Positions 11,742 to 24,417 of a stretch of 64,000 nt of DNA are shown here, one piece after another. The notes under the pieces were generated by a model that was not told the origin of the DNA, ran no database searches, and worked only from the letters and a program-made list of their open reading frames with translations. Numbering within the stretch: position 1 is the stretch's first letter; each line of letters opens with the position of its first letter. This DNA is from the human T2T-CHM13v2.0 reference genome, Homo sapiens, in NCBI RefSeq assembly GCF_009914755.1, contig NC_060932.1; one strand, given 5' to 3'. Position numbers and translations under genes: made by a program.

Positions 11742-13109
11742 TCATTTCTAATTTTATTTATTTGCATCTTCTCTTTTTTCCCATAATTATTCTGGCTGAA
11801 GCTTTGTCATTTTTTTTTAACTTTTCATCAAACCATTTTTTGTTCCATTTATCTTTTGTGTTGTTTTCTTTTTTCATTTCAATTTTATTTATTTCTGCTC
11901 TGATCTTTATCATTTCTTTTCTCCAAATTCTGGGTTTGGTTTGCTCTTGCTTTTCTAGTTCTTTAAGATGCATCGTTAGATTGTTTATTTGAAGTTTTTC
12001 CTTGTTTTCATGCAGGCACAGATAGCTATAAACTTTCCTCTGAGTACTGCTTTTACTGTATGTATACCATGGGTTTTGGTACGTTTTGTTTCCATTATCA
12101 TTTGTTTCAAGAAATGTTTCAGTTTCTTATTGCTGGTTATTGAGGGCCCAAGGAGTCTTCAGTTAGCAGGTGATGAATGCTGACGGGACTGAGTCCTTTC
12201 CTTCAAGGCAGCAGATCCTCTTCTGGCCCAGGGTGTGTCTAGACATGTCATCTGGGAGCTAGGGCCTGGAACAAGGGCCTCCTGACTCTGACTGGTGCCC
12301 TATGCTGCTGTGGCTGACCTGGTATCCTAGATGTAAGACACAGTCCTCCTCACTCTTCCCTCTCCTCTCCTCAAGTGGGAGTTCTCCTACTGAGATACCA
12401 TCTGGGGCAGCCAAGGGACTCTTGGCATCAACTGTCTCCTCAACCCAGGTGGCACAGCTTAGGGTTAGAGGAGGGGTGATGCCAACACCCACTTCACTGC
12501 CCCAGATGGTGTCTCAGTATTTTATGTATGTGTCCTGTCCTGACCCCAGTTCTCTGTCTCTGTGCCTATTTCAGCACTAGGACTCACCTAAAAGTTGCAG
12601 TACTTATAGCCCAGACTGCCTTTCAAATTTACTTGGAGACACAGCGTGTTGTGCCACACTGTGCCCTCAGTGGCAAGGTTTGAGGCACTCAGGTTTGAAC
12701 CACTGGGATTGGAGATCCCTTTCTGGCTATGGTTGGATTAAATATTCACTCCGTGGACAGGTGCTAGCTGAGTTTGGTCTGGTTTTCCTCTTTGCTCTAA
12801 CAGGACAACACTGAGTTCATTGCCTCACAGTTGCTGTGTTCTTCCCCCTCAGTGCCCAGAGAAGCTCTCTGCACCACGAAGCTGCTGCTGGGAGTGGGGG
12901 AGAAGTGGCATTGGCCATTTAGGATTGTTTTATTTTTATCTCTTCAGCACCTCTTTCAACTATATAAAGTTAAAGCCAGGTACTATGAATACTCACCTGA
13001 TCTTTGGTTCTTATGAAGGTGTTTTTCCCGTGTAGATAGTTGTTAACTTGGTGTCCTTCAGTGGAGAACAATTGGTGGAGCTTTCTATTCTGCCATCTTG
13101 TTCCTCTCC
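11742..13109 (-). mobile_element. Old L1 (L1MA-type 5'UTR) joined directly to an ORF2 fragment
   Basis: 5' end caagatggcagaatagaaagctcc (rc of 13078-13101); 5'UTR runs to ~12130, then ORF2 peptide HLKELEKQEQTKP..IKIRAEINKIE (11758-11973). Confidence 0.85.
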
Positions 13110-13649
13110 TACCATAAGTACTTTTAAACAAACAACAAAATACTGTGATGTAAAAATTTTAAGGAGTTTTGGAGATGTGAATTCTTTTTTAAGAGAGCCC
13201 AGAATAATCAGCCAATTTAATTCCAAAAGCAAATACCAAGCAATACCCATTTTAAGGTGCTGCTCAGTTGCAAATGAAAGGCAGAGAGAGGGAGATAGAG
13301 ATAATTTGCTTCCTTAGCATCAACTCTTTGTTTTCTCAATAGGGGAGATCCAAAAGTGGAGGCAAACATAAAATTGGTTTGGGGAAGAGGTGCCATAGAG
13401 GAGAAATATAAATAGCTACAGTTCACTAATCATGTAAAACCAGGCTGGCAAGTATTATCTGACTCCATGGTCAGTCACTATAACACTGTGAGGAAATACA
13501 TTTTTCAGTCAAAAAGCCCTAACCTAGATTAATGAATTTAGTTGATTTGAACATTTCCAACTTTTATTTTATTTTTCTATTCTCATTATATTACTTATTT
13601 TTTCTCTTCTGTACCACCTCAAACTCCAATAATGTATGCAAAGATCAAA

Positions 13650-14030
13650 CACATTTTCTGTAGTTCTGTGACCAGCCTACATGGAAATATGTAACCCAAG
13701 GAATGTCTGCCTTACCCTGTTTCTCAGATTCTCCTTCAGAATTCATTGAACTCTAATTTCAAAATTTGTAACACAGCAGTAAAAATGATGGGCATGATTT
13801 ATAGTTTTAGCAGTTGAATATAGTTTAAAATAAAATGTATTTATAGACTTTCTGTCTGCAAGAAATGTGCCACTCAAACTAATTAGTCTGCATTGTTTTC
13901 CAAAGAGAACCAAAATAATCTTACAACTATAACCTATGTGATAGCTAAATCAAGAATGTATATTCTAAGTTTATTGAGGGAGAGGTTTGTGTCTTATACT
14001 TGAAAAGATGATCTCCCACAATTTTCAGCC
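13650..14030 (-). mobile_element. Ancient L1 endonuclease C-half fossil
   Basis: PSINLEYTFL..SH..DYF (13975-13912) ~ NPxxxEYTFFSxxHxxYSRIDYF; then NEF/LKEN..PWVT ~ EFLxxN..LW. Confidence 0.5.
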
Positions 14031-14269
14031 TATACTTTGTTTTGAATGCAATAAATAACGATGATGCTAAATCAAAGGCAAGAGGATAGCAAGAGTGCCC
14101 AGTAATGACTATGTGGCAGATCCCGTAATAGGTAGTAGTTCAAATTTTTTTGTGGTACCATATCGAACTACTATCATCTGGTCTCCAGAGAAGTTAACCA
14201 ATGGCAACATTTCATTAGTGATTCTTTATCTGCAATTCCTTTGGAAAATTATTCTCTTTTAATTAAACT

Positions 14270-14680
14270 TACTTTAATCTGGAATAATTCCTCAGACTTC
14301 TTTTGTTTTTCAAGACATTTCAATTATTAGAGCTTACAGAGTAGTTATTGTAAAATGGCTCTCAATATGGGAATGTCTGTTGTTTCTTCATAATTAAATT
14401 CAGGTTATGCTTTTTTGGCACAGATAACACCAAAATAGTATTCAGTCCTTTTCAATAACATCATATTAAAAGCATCATGATGCCAGTTGGTTCTATTATT
14501 GATGATGTTGCATTTGATCTGTTGGCTAATGTAGCGCCTGCCATGTTTCTTTTCTATGAAGTTACTATTTTCCCTTTGAAATCAATAATTAATTTATAAG
14601 ATAGATTGAATCTACACAGTTATGCTGTATCTCATCAAACTTTTGCCTACTTGATTTAGTATCTATTAATGATTATTGAT
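14270..14680 (-). mobile_element. L1MC4/5-type 3' end
   Basis: 'ttaatctggaataattcctcag', 'taattaaattcaggttatgcttttttggca', 'gaagttactattttccctttgaaatcaataa'. Confidence 0.7.
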
Positions 14681-14739
14681 ATGTCACTGTGTAAGCATTT
14701 AATATATAGAAATGTGTATACAAGACTAAAATTATGTAT

Positions 14740-15145
14740 CCAACACTGAAAAGTGAGGATTTAAAATAATGGTGAGTACTGTAAATAAGAGGTAATAATA
14801 ATTCCTTTAAAAAATGATTTCATGAGAAAATATGAGGGAAATTTAAGTGAGACTTATCTAAGCAGGTGATATAGGAGCTGAGAATTAAATCAACAATGAA
14901 TCAATAATACATTAACGGAATGGAGATTTCTAAGCAGAAAGAACAGCAAGAATAAAGATTCTATGAAAGAAAGAGATTGGCATCTTTAGCAGATAGAAAG
15001 AAGGCCAATGGATGAATCAACAGAAATTACGGAGAAAAGTAGAAGGTGTGATTTGAGATGTAGATAGGCTAGATCATGAGAGGCATTGTAGGTCTTTGTA
15101 ATAATTATAAATTTTATGCTAAGTGCCATAAAAGGGCATGGGAGC
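14740..15145 (-). mobile_element. L2 fragment
   Basis: 'agcagaaagaacagcaag', 'gaaggccaatgg', 'ggctagatcatgagaggcattgtagg'. Confidence 0.65.
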
Positions 15146-15639
15146 AGATAAGTAACATGGGCTATATAATCTGTATTTGTAGATATATATCTATGTATAT
15201 ATACATATACTTACACACATGCAGTCATTACTGTAATCTAACATTAACATATTTTTTGGTAAGTTTTAGTAAACTACTCCTAAGTACCTATTATATTATT
15301 TGGTTAAGCTTAACCTCAGGAAAATTTTTTTTTTAATTTAGATATTTGTACCATATACAACTGTCATCAAGAATAGGCAAATGTGTGTATGATATCTTTA
15401 AGCTATAAAGTAGCAGGACAAATTTGCAGAATCAATGTGTACTTAAATAATTAATTATGCAGATATAAGCAATAACAAATAAGTGTCGAAAAATATGCGT
15501 AAAAAGAGATAAAAAGACAAAATCTTCAGAAAAATAATTTTAAAAAGCTTTTCAATTTTAGATTTGACAGAGTGTCTTTACTCTCTTTACTGTTCTTATC
15601 TGAAGTCTTTCCAGAGACACATATATTACATATGAGTTA

Positions 15640-16380
15640 ATGTAAGATGAAGAATAATAGGTTCTCACATATCCTAATGCCTATCTCCCTTTCCTGGGTC
15701 AGCCAAGGTAAGTCCTTTCTCATCCATCATATGCTTCACACATCTAGAACACAGTTGCTTCACTGTAGTATTGGTATTTGCTCTTGTCTGGTGATCATAT
15801 ATTTCATAATTAATTGGAGGGATATTATCAGCTTAAATGAATTTTTAGAATTTCTGTTCTGTTGCACTATCCCAGGAGAATAAGAGGCATGTCATAGTGA
15901 ATAGATAACTTTGTAATTATTTCAATTTACCATAGCACAATCTTTACAGCATGTAGCAATTACTGAGCATGACCACAAAATAATGTCCTCTTTTCCCACA
16001 GTTCCTCCAGCATAAATCAGACAAGAAAGCCTAGAGTTATCATAACTTAGTGTATAAATTAAAAGAAGTCTGGTATTAAATTTCTGTAAAATTATATGGC
16101 ATAACCTAATATTTTGTATATTCAAAAAACTTTCCAAACCAAGGTCAATCTTCAGGAATTTTTACTGTTTCCTTTATAACATGTAACCTGTTTATTATAA
16201 AATTGCAAAAAACATCACACAGCTCAGCAGGATAACTTAGATTTTGCATCCCAAGAGAAAATATGCCAAAGATTTTTCACATCTATAAAAGCTGTTTTTC
16301 TAATTAAATATTCTGAATGTTTTATGAAAACTTGACAGCTGAACAAAAAGGGAAAATAAAGAAACATTGCTAAGCATGAG
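15640..16380 (-). mobile_element. Ancient non-mammalian-type L1 ORF2 C-terminus (zinc-knuckle region)
   Basis: NIRLCHII..K...RL; SDLCWRNCGKRG (16021-15986); WSCSVI (15975-15958); IEIITKLSIHYDMPLILLG (15926-15870); LIISLQLIMKYMITR..PILQ*; DM*EPIILHL (15673-15644). Confidence 0.75.
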
Positions 16381-16829
16381 TAGGAAAATTGTGGAAATCT
16401 TTTCAGAAAAAAAGTATAACCAAAACACCTTATTATTTGACTTATTTTTACTAAACTGGAAAAAAATCATTGTAGGTGATTCTGTGAAGGTTAATCATGC
16501 ATTGTCAGTAATGCAAAGCTGAGAGGCAGGCAGACTCAATTCTAAAAGAAAAATTTAATTTATCGATCTTCAAGTTGGAAAGCTGTCTTGGTTATGTCTA
16601 CAAATTATTCTTCCATGTTATCAAAAGTAAGAAATATCTATACTGTAGGGCAGGAGACCACTGTGTGTGTATCAACTATATTGCCCTTCTATATTTCCTT
16701 GAAACGTTAGTCACCTGAAAAAAGAAAAGGCTATGGAACATTCACTGGCTACAGAATACGGACAAAAACATGCCAGGGAGGCAAAGAAACACTTGTTCAA
16801 CTCTTCTACTAATTTGTGCAGACTACTTG

Positions 16830-17000
16830 GAAAACTACTGGATTTGTAATTAAACAGGCTAGGGGCCAGATCCTGATTGTTCAAATAACCAAATGTGCTA
16901 GCTTGAACAAATGACTCATCACATAATGTGAGATTCAAAATAAGCACCTCACTGTTTATGATGCAGACTAAATGCAATGATGTATAAAATGTGTTTCCAA
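16830..17000 (+). mobile_element. MIR remnant
   Basis: Degenerate MIR core 'gtgctagcttgaacaaatgactc...taaatgcaatgatgtataaaatg'. Confidence 0.45.
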
Positions 17001-17176
17001 GTTACTAGACATCCAATTTAACATTGCCCTCTTGCCTATTTCATTATGCTACATATTTCTCTCACAATAAGAAGAGAAACCAAACTCATGAACTGTTGAC
17101 TTTATTTGACAGCATTTGTTGGATACTCACTATTGCAAGATCCATACTAAATTCTGAAGATAGAAAAAAAAATGGG

Positions 17177-17920
17177 CTACATTTTCTTAATCCAATCTAT
17201 CATTGTTGGACATTTGGGTTGGTTCCAAGTCTTTGCTATTGTGAATAGTGCCACAATAAACATACGTGTGCATGTGTCCTTATAGCAACATGATTTATAA
17301 TCCTTTGGGTATATACCCAGTAATGGGATGGCTGGGTCGAATGGTATTTCTAGTTCTAGATCTCTGAGGAATCGCCACACCGACTTCCACAATGGTTGAA
17401 CTAGTTTACAGTCCCACTAACAGTGTAAAAGTGTTCCTGTTTCTCCACATCCTCTCCAGCACCTGTTGTTTCCTGACTTTTTAATGATTGCCATTCTAAC
17501 TGGTGTGAGATGGTATCTCATTGTGGTTTTGATTTGCATTTCTCTGATGGCCAGTGATGATGAGCCACAACAGTCCCCGGTGCGTGATGTTCCCCTTCCT
17601 GTGTCCCTGTGTTCTCATTGTTCAATTCCCACCTATGAGTGAGAACATGCGGTGTTTGGTTTTTTGTCCTTGCGATAGTTTGCTGAGAATGATGGTTTCC
17701 AGCTTCATCCATGTCCCTACAAAGGACAAGAACTCATCATTTTTTATGGCTGCATAGTATTCCATGGTGGGGAGGGGGGAGGGATAGCATTAGGAGATAT
17801 ACCTAATGCTAAATGATGAGTTAATGGGTGCAGCACACCAACATGGCACATGTATACATATGTAACAAACCTGCACGTTGTGCACATGTACCCTAAAACT
17901 TATAGTATAATAATAATAAT
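17177..17920 (+). mobile_element. 5'-truncated L1PA2/3-like element with two separate inversions
   Basis: rc(A) 17177-17565, rc(B) 17566-17769, sense 3' end 17770-17920; TSD aaaaaaatggg at 17166-17176 and 17921-17931. Confidence 0.92.
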
Positions 17921-18149
17921 AAAAAAATGGGAAGGATACTTCTGAAATGAAATTCAAGAAAAAATATTCTGAAATATCACACTCAAGGAAAATTTGATCT
18001 AACTTATTTATCATTACTGGCCTTTTTCAATTCGATGGGTAGAACATTAGTGTCACTCTCATTTTGCTATGTGTTCTTGAACTTTGACAAATTACATTTC
18101 AATTCCTTGTGTTTCATTCATGTGCTAGTCTGTAGCCATAAGTACAAGG

Positions 18150-18335
18150 TTTATGGAGTCAAAACTGATCTTTAGTAAAATCTTGCCATAGGAGAATGGC
18201 CTTGGGCATTTTAAACTTTCTGAGGCTTAGTATTTATGTTATTTTTAAAAATTAATAGAGATAATATAGCAAGTATTTAGAAATGTGTGAACACATAGTA
18301 AGTGCTCAGTAATTATTGACTATCATTATTATTGA
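18150..18335 (+). mobile_element. MIR
   Basis: 'ccttgggcattttaaactttctgaggcttagt', 'cacatagtaagtgctcagtaa..tattatt'. Confidence 0.7.
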
Positions 18336-18889
18336 TGTTATTTCCTATTGACATGATAAGGAACTAAAATGTATATCGTTGTTGCTAGGATAATACGTGG
18401 GAAAGATTTTCAATATAAGCTTCATTTACTTTTTGTAAAAATAGAACAAAAATTATTATTTGCCAAATATCCTACAGACTTATTTGCAGAGGGAGAAAAA
18501 AAGCATTGAAGAAGCATTGACATAGGAGTAACTCTTTACCAATGTGTCTTCCCCATGAGTTATGTAAAAGATTTTAATAGAATTCCATAAAAGTGATACC
18601 TAGCCACTAACTAATGAAAGGTTTACATCAAAGAAAGAGAGAAGTAAAAATAAAATAAAAGTCTTCCAAATGTGATAATATTAAAATTTTCCCCAAGTAT
18701 TTTTTTAATTAGAAGTAAGATTAACAGGTTAATATTTATTTTTATAACCAGTAAAACACATTAGATTTATCTATGATAGAAAGGCAAAAAAATGGCTTTT
18801 GAAGATATTGAATAATGGAAACCTAAGCTTCCTTTGCAACTTGGACAGATGCTTACTAATGGTAATCAAATTTATGTATTTTGTTGTTA

Positions 18890-19022
18890 TTGAAAAGCAC
18901 TTCCATGATATAGGTTGGTTTTCACAACAATCCTATAATATAAATTAAAGTATGGGAAATTGAGTTACTCAACATAAATAGCTAGTAAATGGTATAGTTG
19001 GAACTTAAACCCAAGCTTTCTA
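18890..19022 (-). mobile_element. MIR remnant
   Basis: 'tcacaacaatcctat..ggaaattgag..agctagtaaatggtatagttggaacttaaacccaag'. Confidence 0.6.
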
Positions 19023-19479
19023 ATTAATAATTTCTTGTTTTCTTATATATACTTCCTACCTGCCACATATTCTTTCCAAGGAACATAAGATATAAAATAA
19101 GAGTTTTTGTTTCCTGTTTAATGCCTCTATCCTGAATACATCTTGATATTTCAAATATTGTGTTTTTTCTTGAATTAATATACAAATAGTTTTCTGAAGA
19201 ATTTGAGAGAGTTTAAAAGGAAAAAAAACTGATGAGCAATTTAAATGTATTGAAAATACACCGTGCACTGTGTTTAAAAGTAATTCTATATATTAGAATA
19301 AAAAATATATACTCTTTCACTGCAGGCTAACTCAGTGGCAAGAATGAATAGGAACTGTCTTACTCTGAATGTATTAAAAAACTGGTTGCCTGGTTTTATT
19401 AATCTAGTTATGTAGCATTTGCTTTTAGAACACAAAGCAAAATGTGTTGTTTATCCTTGAAACTTATCTGAGTTTCAAA

Positions 19480-19950
19480 ACATACCAGAATTACCCCCGA
19501 TTTTCTGAGTTTAAAAGAGGTTGAACACTTGGCCAAAAACACACTTATTTATATTTTATCATGTTCAATTTAAACTTAGAGTTTATAGCATAGCAAAGCC
19601 CTCTCTAAATCTATCATGGATGAGATTCTCAGTTTTGTAGAGATCCCTGAGGCCTAGCTGATGGTAAGCTAAACTTTTATTGGCCCACCTTTTCCAGCTA
19701 TAATCTATGCTTCCTACATGTAGAGAGAATTTCTGGCACCACTAATTGTATCTTGTCTAAAAAAAAATTCTTTTAGAATATTCAATACAGCTGGAAGCAA
19801 GATGTAATGCCACAATGACAGAAAAGTGATGTTAGGGCTTCCTCTAAAGTGTATGCAATGTCAGGACTAAAGTTAAAGAGACAGAAAGTTTGAAAATGTT
19901 CTTAATAGAGTGCTGTCCCTTCTTGGCTATGTTATTTGCCATTACCTTTT
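19480..19950 (+). mobile_element. Ancient L1 RT fossil (domains 1-4)
   Basis: QNY/PI (~19487) ~ NYRPIS; CCPFLAMLFAI (19911-19943) ~ [11 protein letters not shown]. Confidence 0.5.
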
Positions 19951-20639
19951 TTCATGCAGAAAGAAAAATGAACTGCTCTTTCCTCACCTTTCAATAAAAC
20001 TGCTCACCTTTAGAATCACGTAGGATAGTTCTATACCAATGGTGTAGTAAATGGCATTGCTTATCGAAGGGCTAATTCCACATGTGGTTATCTAGGTTTT
20101 TAGTTTTTGGTTTTGCTGTTGTTTTTATTGTTGTTGGCTTTTGGGCCCATTTTACGTGTCAAAAAATAGAATAAAAGACTAACAGATTTGTAATAAATTT
20201 TCTCTTTCTGAGGGTCACTTCGAAGGGACTGATAAAAAGATTGGAATTCTTAGCTGAGTAAGTTTCTTTGGTTACCTGTGCCACATTTTTAAAAGCACTA
20301 CAGAGCTTCTTTATACTTAGAAGAACAGAACTTTTTTTTTCAGGCAAGTAAAGGTATTTTTTCAATACTAGATATCAGAGAAGTAGAATCTTCCCACTCT
20401 ATGCCTATTATGAAAGACAATTGAATTTAAATTAGCTTGATCTTGGACCATATACAATGGTGTTTAATTATAGAACTATAAAACATTATTGTTTCATTGC
20501 CTTTAATTTAGGATTGGAATATTTAATCTCTTCTTATCTATTTTAACACAAAATATAGACAATAAATTTAAGATAGTAAGATTAGGTAACAAAAATCTGA
20601 TGAGATAGCAAGATCACCAATATATGGCCTTTTAGAACA

Positions 20640-21150
20640 ATAATTGAACTGAATTTTTTTCTCTCTTACAAGCCTCAGACTTCCGCCTGTATGTCCCACA
20701 GTTATTAAGCCCAAAATGCTCTGTACCAACTATTTTTTTCTCCCTGATGTTCTCCATTCAAATGACAACCATCTTAATATCCAAACTAGAAACATGAAAG
20801 CTCTTCTTTGTTCTTCAATCTACCTCATATTTCATATCTGATCATTAACTAATCCTCATGAACTTACGGAATATTAATTAAAGTCATTCTCTCATCTCTT
20901 GTATGCTATAACTCCGGTTTTACCACGAATCAACTTAACTGATCTCTTTGCTTTGAATACTACCCCTCTCAAGTCATTCTTCATATAGTCCAGAGATATG
21001 GATGTAAAAGGTGAAACGAACCAGTCATTTTTCATTAAACAATTCTTACAAGTTTACTCATTGCCTAAAGGCAAATTATATTCTTAATGTCCAGATGTTA
21101 ATTCCTTGGTAGTGTGTCTTCTATCTAGACTTATACCTTATCATCTACCT
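20640..21150 (+). mobile_element. L2 fragment
   Basis: 'aatgacaaccatc..ccaaactagaaac', 'ccctctcaagtcattcttcatatagtccagag'. Confidence 0.55.
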
Positions 21151-21799
21151 TCTGCTTAAGTCATGGTCTGTACGAAAGACCTTTTTTTATTGAAGGACTT
21201 GTCACCAATTATTCTTGGCTGGAAACCACTATAGTAATAAAGTTCAAGTGCACTGGTAAATTTAGAGGGAGGTAGATGAATAGAATTAAAACAGAATATT
21301 GAGGAAATACAGAAGAGAGGAAAAAGAGAATCACATTGATTTTTTGCCAAGACTGTGAACTAGGAAAGGCTGTCATCTCCCTCCACAAAATGACTCTTTG
21401 ATAAATTGTTGAAACAAAGTGGGTGTGGATATGAAAGAGATAATAAACACTTTGAAAAAAATCTAAGAAGGGTACTTGAAATGGTGTTGGGTGAATAACA
21501 TAGCCTGGAAGGGAGGGTGGTTGGAGGTGGGAAGCAAAGGATAAATTGACAGAAATGGATTTAGTTATGCTTTTCCTCTTCACTGAATAAGATAAACATT
21601 AATTTATTATCCATCAAAGAAATTACCTTCTCTAAAGAATTGCTTTTGTCCTCAATGCTTTATATATCCTTTCTTACTTATTTTTTGTCAAAGAAATTAC
21701 ATATAAATGACATCCTAGGTCTAAAGTGCTGGTAAAGAGGATGGTCAGCATCAGAGCAGTACAAAATTTTAATGGCATAAGAAATTCATAAATACAGGT

Positions 21800-22715
21800 G
21801 AGAACTGATCTGTTGCCTCAAAACTCTGTTAGGCTTCCATCAATGATTAATTACTGGGTCAATTGTCCTCCCACTGTAAAGAGCTAGAAAACAAAATATA
21901 TTATGCAATGGGTTCAGACATTGAATAACAAGCAGTGGAGGTTTCTGATCTCTGAAAGAAAGGATCTCTGAGAGAAGAGCCCTACAACAGCCCTAGAGAA
22001 ATGCCTGAAGGCACATATTATACCACTGCGCATAGGGGTGGGACCAAACAGAAACTAGTAACCTCACTCAAGTAAGGAGACAGATATGTGGATTTCGAGA
22101 GGCTGGGGTCACTAAAACTTGTTGGGCAGAGCAATGATGAGGAGAAGGCTGCATTGAGAAAGAAAGATCCAAGCATCTGCAAAGGAATACCCTCATGTCT
22201 TTAGCTGAGTAGTGATCTTACATGCTTAAGAAACTAGTTGAGACCAGGGAAAGACTACTAAAATACATTAGGTCCAATAATTCTTAAAGCTCACAAGAAC
22301 TGGAAATAGTCAGTGTTCTCAATAGCCAGAGTAAGGAGAACTCAGAATTTGGAAGACTTTGGATACATTTCTCAGAAGGATATTACCTTATTAGTGGAAC
22401 TAAAGTAGTCCCCAAATATATGCTACTCTGGATCAGCCACACTAAAACTTATAAAAAAAGCTCAAAAAGATCAAACTAATCTGTGAGTTACTTAACTGCA
22501 CGTGAGATGAAAACCCAGTGCTATTTATAAAATACCTATAAATCAAGTACCTCTAAACATAAAAGGTACAATTTCTGGTACTCAATTTAAAAATGATTAT
22601 GCATACAGAGAAGCAGATAATTATTGTGCTTAACCAAGAGCAAAACTGCTCAACATAAACAGACACAGAAATATGAGACATAATGAATTTAGTAGATAAG
22701 AGCCTTAAATAGTAG
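21800..22715 (+). mobile_element. L1ME-type 5' end (continues at 29490-30130)
   Basis: 'cagacattgaataacaagcag..tgatctctgaaaga', 'aagctcaaaaagatcaaactaatc', ORF1 start region 'gacacagaaatatgagacataatgaatt'. Confidence 0.6.
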
Positions 22716-22752
22716 AAAAGGACCGTAAATAGTAGGTTGAAACACTATAGCA

Positions 22753-23310
22753 TGGCTTATTTCTCTTAACATAAAGTTCTCCAGTGTCATCCATGTTGTT
22801 GCAAATGACAATATCTCATTCTTTTTTATAGACACTACTGTGTATAAATTAAATAAGCCAGTCACAGAAAGATGAACTTCACATGTTCTCACTTATTTGG
22901 GGGAGGTAAGAATTAAAACAATTTAACTTGTGGAGGTAGGAGTAGAATGATAGTTACCAGAGGCTCGGAAGAGTAGTGGTGTGTGTGTGTGGTCGGGGGA
23001 GGGTGAAGGGACACGGAGTAATGTGGGGATGGTTAATGGGTACAAAAATAGTGTTAGATAGAATGAATAAGATTTAGTATTTGATAGCATAACAAAGTGA
23101 CTACAGTCAAAGTAATTTATTGTACATTAAAAAATAACTAAAAAAGGATAATTGGATCATTTATAACACAAAGAAATGATAAACATTTAAGGTGACAGAT
23201 ACCCCATTTACTCTGATGTGATTATTGTTCATTCTATTCCTTATACAAATATCCATGTCTCATAAATATGTATACCTACTATGTACCCACAAAAATTAAA
23301 AACTAAAAAA
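22753..23310 (+). mobile_element. L1MA2-4-type 3' end with short 5' inversion
   Basis: Inverted 22753-~22845 (rc KKNEILSFATTWMTLE), then sense 3'UTR ending 'ctactatgtacccacaaaaattaaaaa'. Confidence 0.85.
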
Positions 23311-24417
23311 AATACTGCTGCACACAAGGCTTGGCATAATACAAGCATCCAATAAGGGTTAATTCCTTTTCTGTGACATAAAATCTCTAAATTAAAAAAG
23401 AAGATGGCCAAACAGAAACAGCTCCAGTCTGAAGCTCCCAGCATGATCGACACAGAAAATGAGTGATTTCTGCATTTCCAGCTGAGGTACCTGGTTTATC
23501 TCACTGGGACTGGTTGGACAGTGGATGCAGCCCACAGAGGGCGAGCTGTAGCAGGGTGGGGTGTTGCCTCACCCGGGAAGTGCAAGCGGTGGGGGATTTC
23601 CCTTTCTTAGCCAAGGGAAGCCATGACAGACTACCTGGAAAAACAGGGCATTCCTGGCCAAATGCTGTGCTTTTCCCAAGGTCTTAGCAACTGGCAGACA
23701 AGGTGATTCTCTCCCGTGCCTGGCTCGGTGCCTCCCATGCCCACAGAGCCTTGCTCACTGCTAGCACAGCAGTCTGAGATTGATCTGCGAGGCGGCAGCA
23801 TGGCTGGAGGAGGGACGTCTGCCATTGCTGAGGCTTGAGTAGGTAAACAAAGTGGCCGGGAAGCTCAAACAGGGCAAAGCCCACCGCAGTTCAACAAGGC
23901 CTACTGCCTCTAGACCTCTGTGGGCAGGGCATAGCTGAACAAAAGGCAACAGACAACTTCTGCAGACTTAAACATCCCTGTCTGACAGCTCTGAAGAGAG
24001 CAGTGGTCCTCCCAGCATGGCATTTGAGCTCTGAGAATAGACAGACTGCCTCCTCAACTGGGGCACTGACCCCATGTAGCCTAACTGGGAGACACAGCCC
24101 AGTAGGGGCCAACAGACACCTCATATAGGCAGATGCCCCTCTGGGACGAAGCTTCCAGAGGAAGGATCAGGCAGCAATATTTGCTGTTCTGCAATATTTG
24201 CTGTTCTGCAGCCTCTGCTGGTGAAACCCAGGCAAACAGGGTCTGGAATGGAACACCAGCAAACTCCAACAGACCTGCAGCTGAGGGACCTGACTATTAG
24301 AAGGAAAATGAACAAACAGAAAGGAATAGCATCAACATCAACAAAAAGATCATCTACACCAAAAGCCCATCTGCAGGTCACCAATATTAAAGACCAAAGG
24401 TAGATAAAACCAGAAAG

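Noticed and set aside
13150-13500. Possible further L1 motifs (WVLLGI on minus; YYLTP/LSD on plus)
   Set aside because: Contradictory strands and too few ordered motifs to call
15615-15707. Plus-strand exon candidate (ttccag| ... aag|gtaagt)
   Set aside because: Stops in all three frames and no transcript evidence; overlaps the antisense of the L1 fossil
15931-16030. Minus-strand exon-like segment suggesting an intron-containing domesticated L1 gene
   Set aside because: L1 similarity continues across both putative splice sites and needs frameshifts
24174-24210. 17-bp tandem duplication in the L1 5'UTR
   Set aside because: As I recall it is a subfamily-level feature of some L1PA 5'UTRs, not locus-specific; not verified
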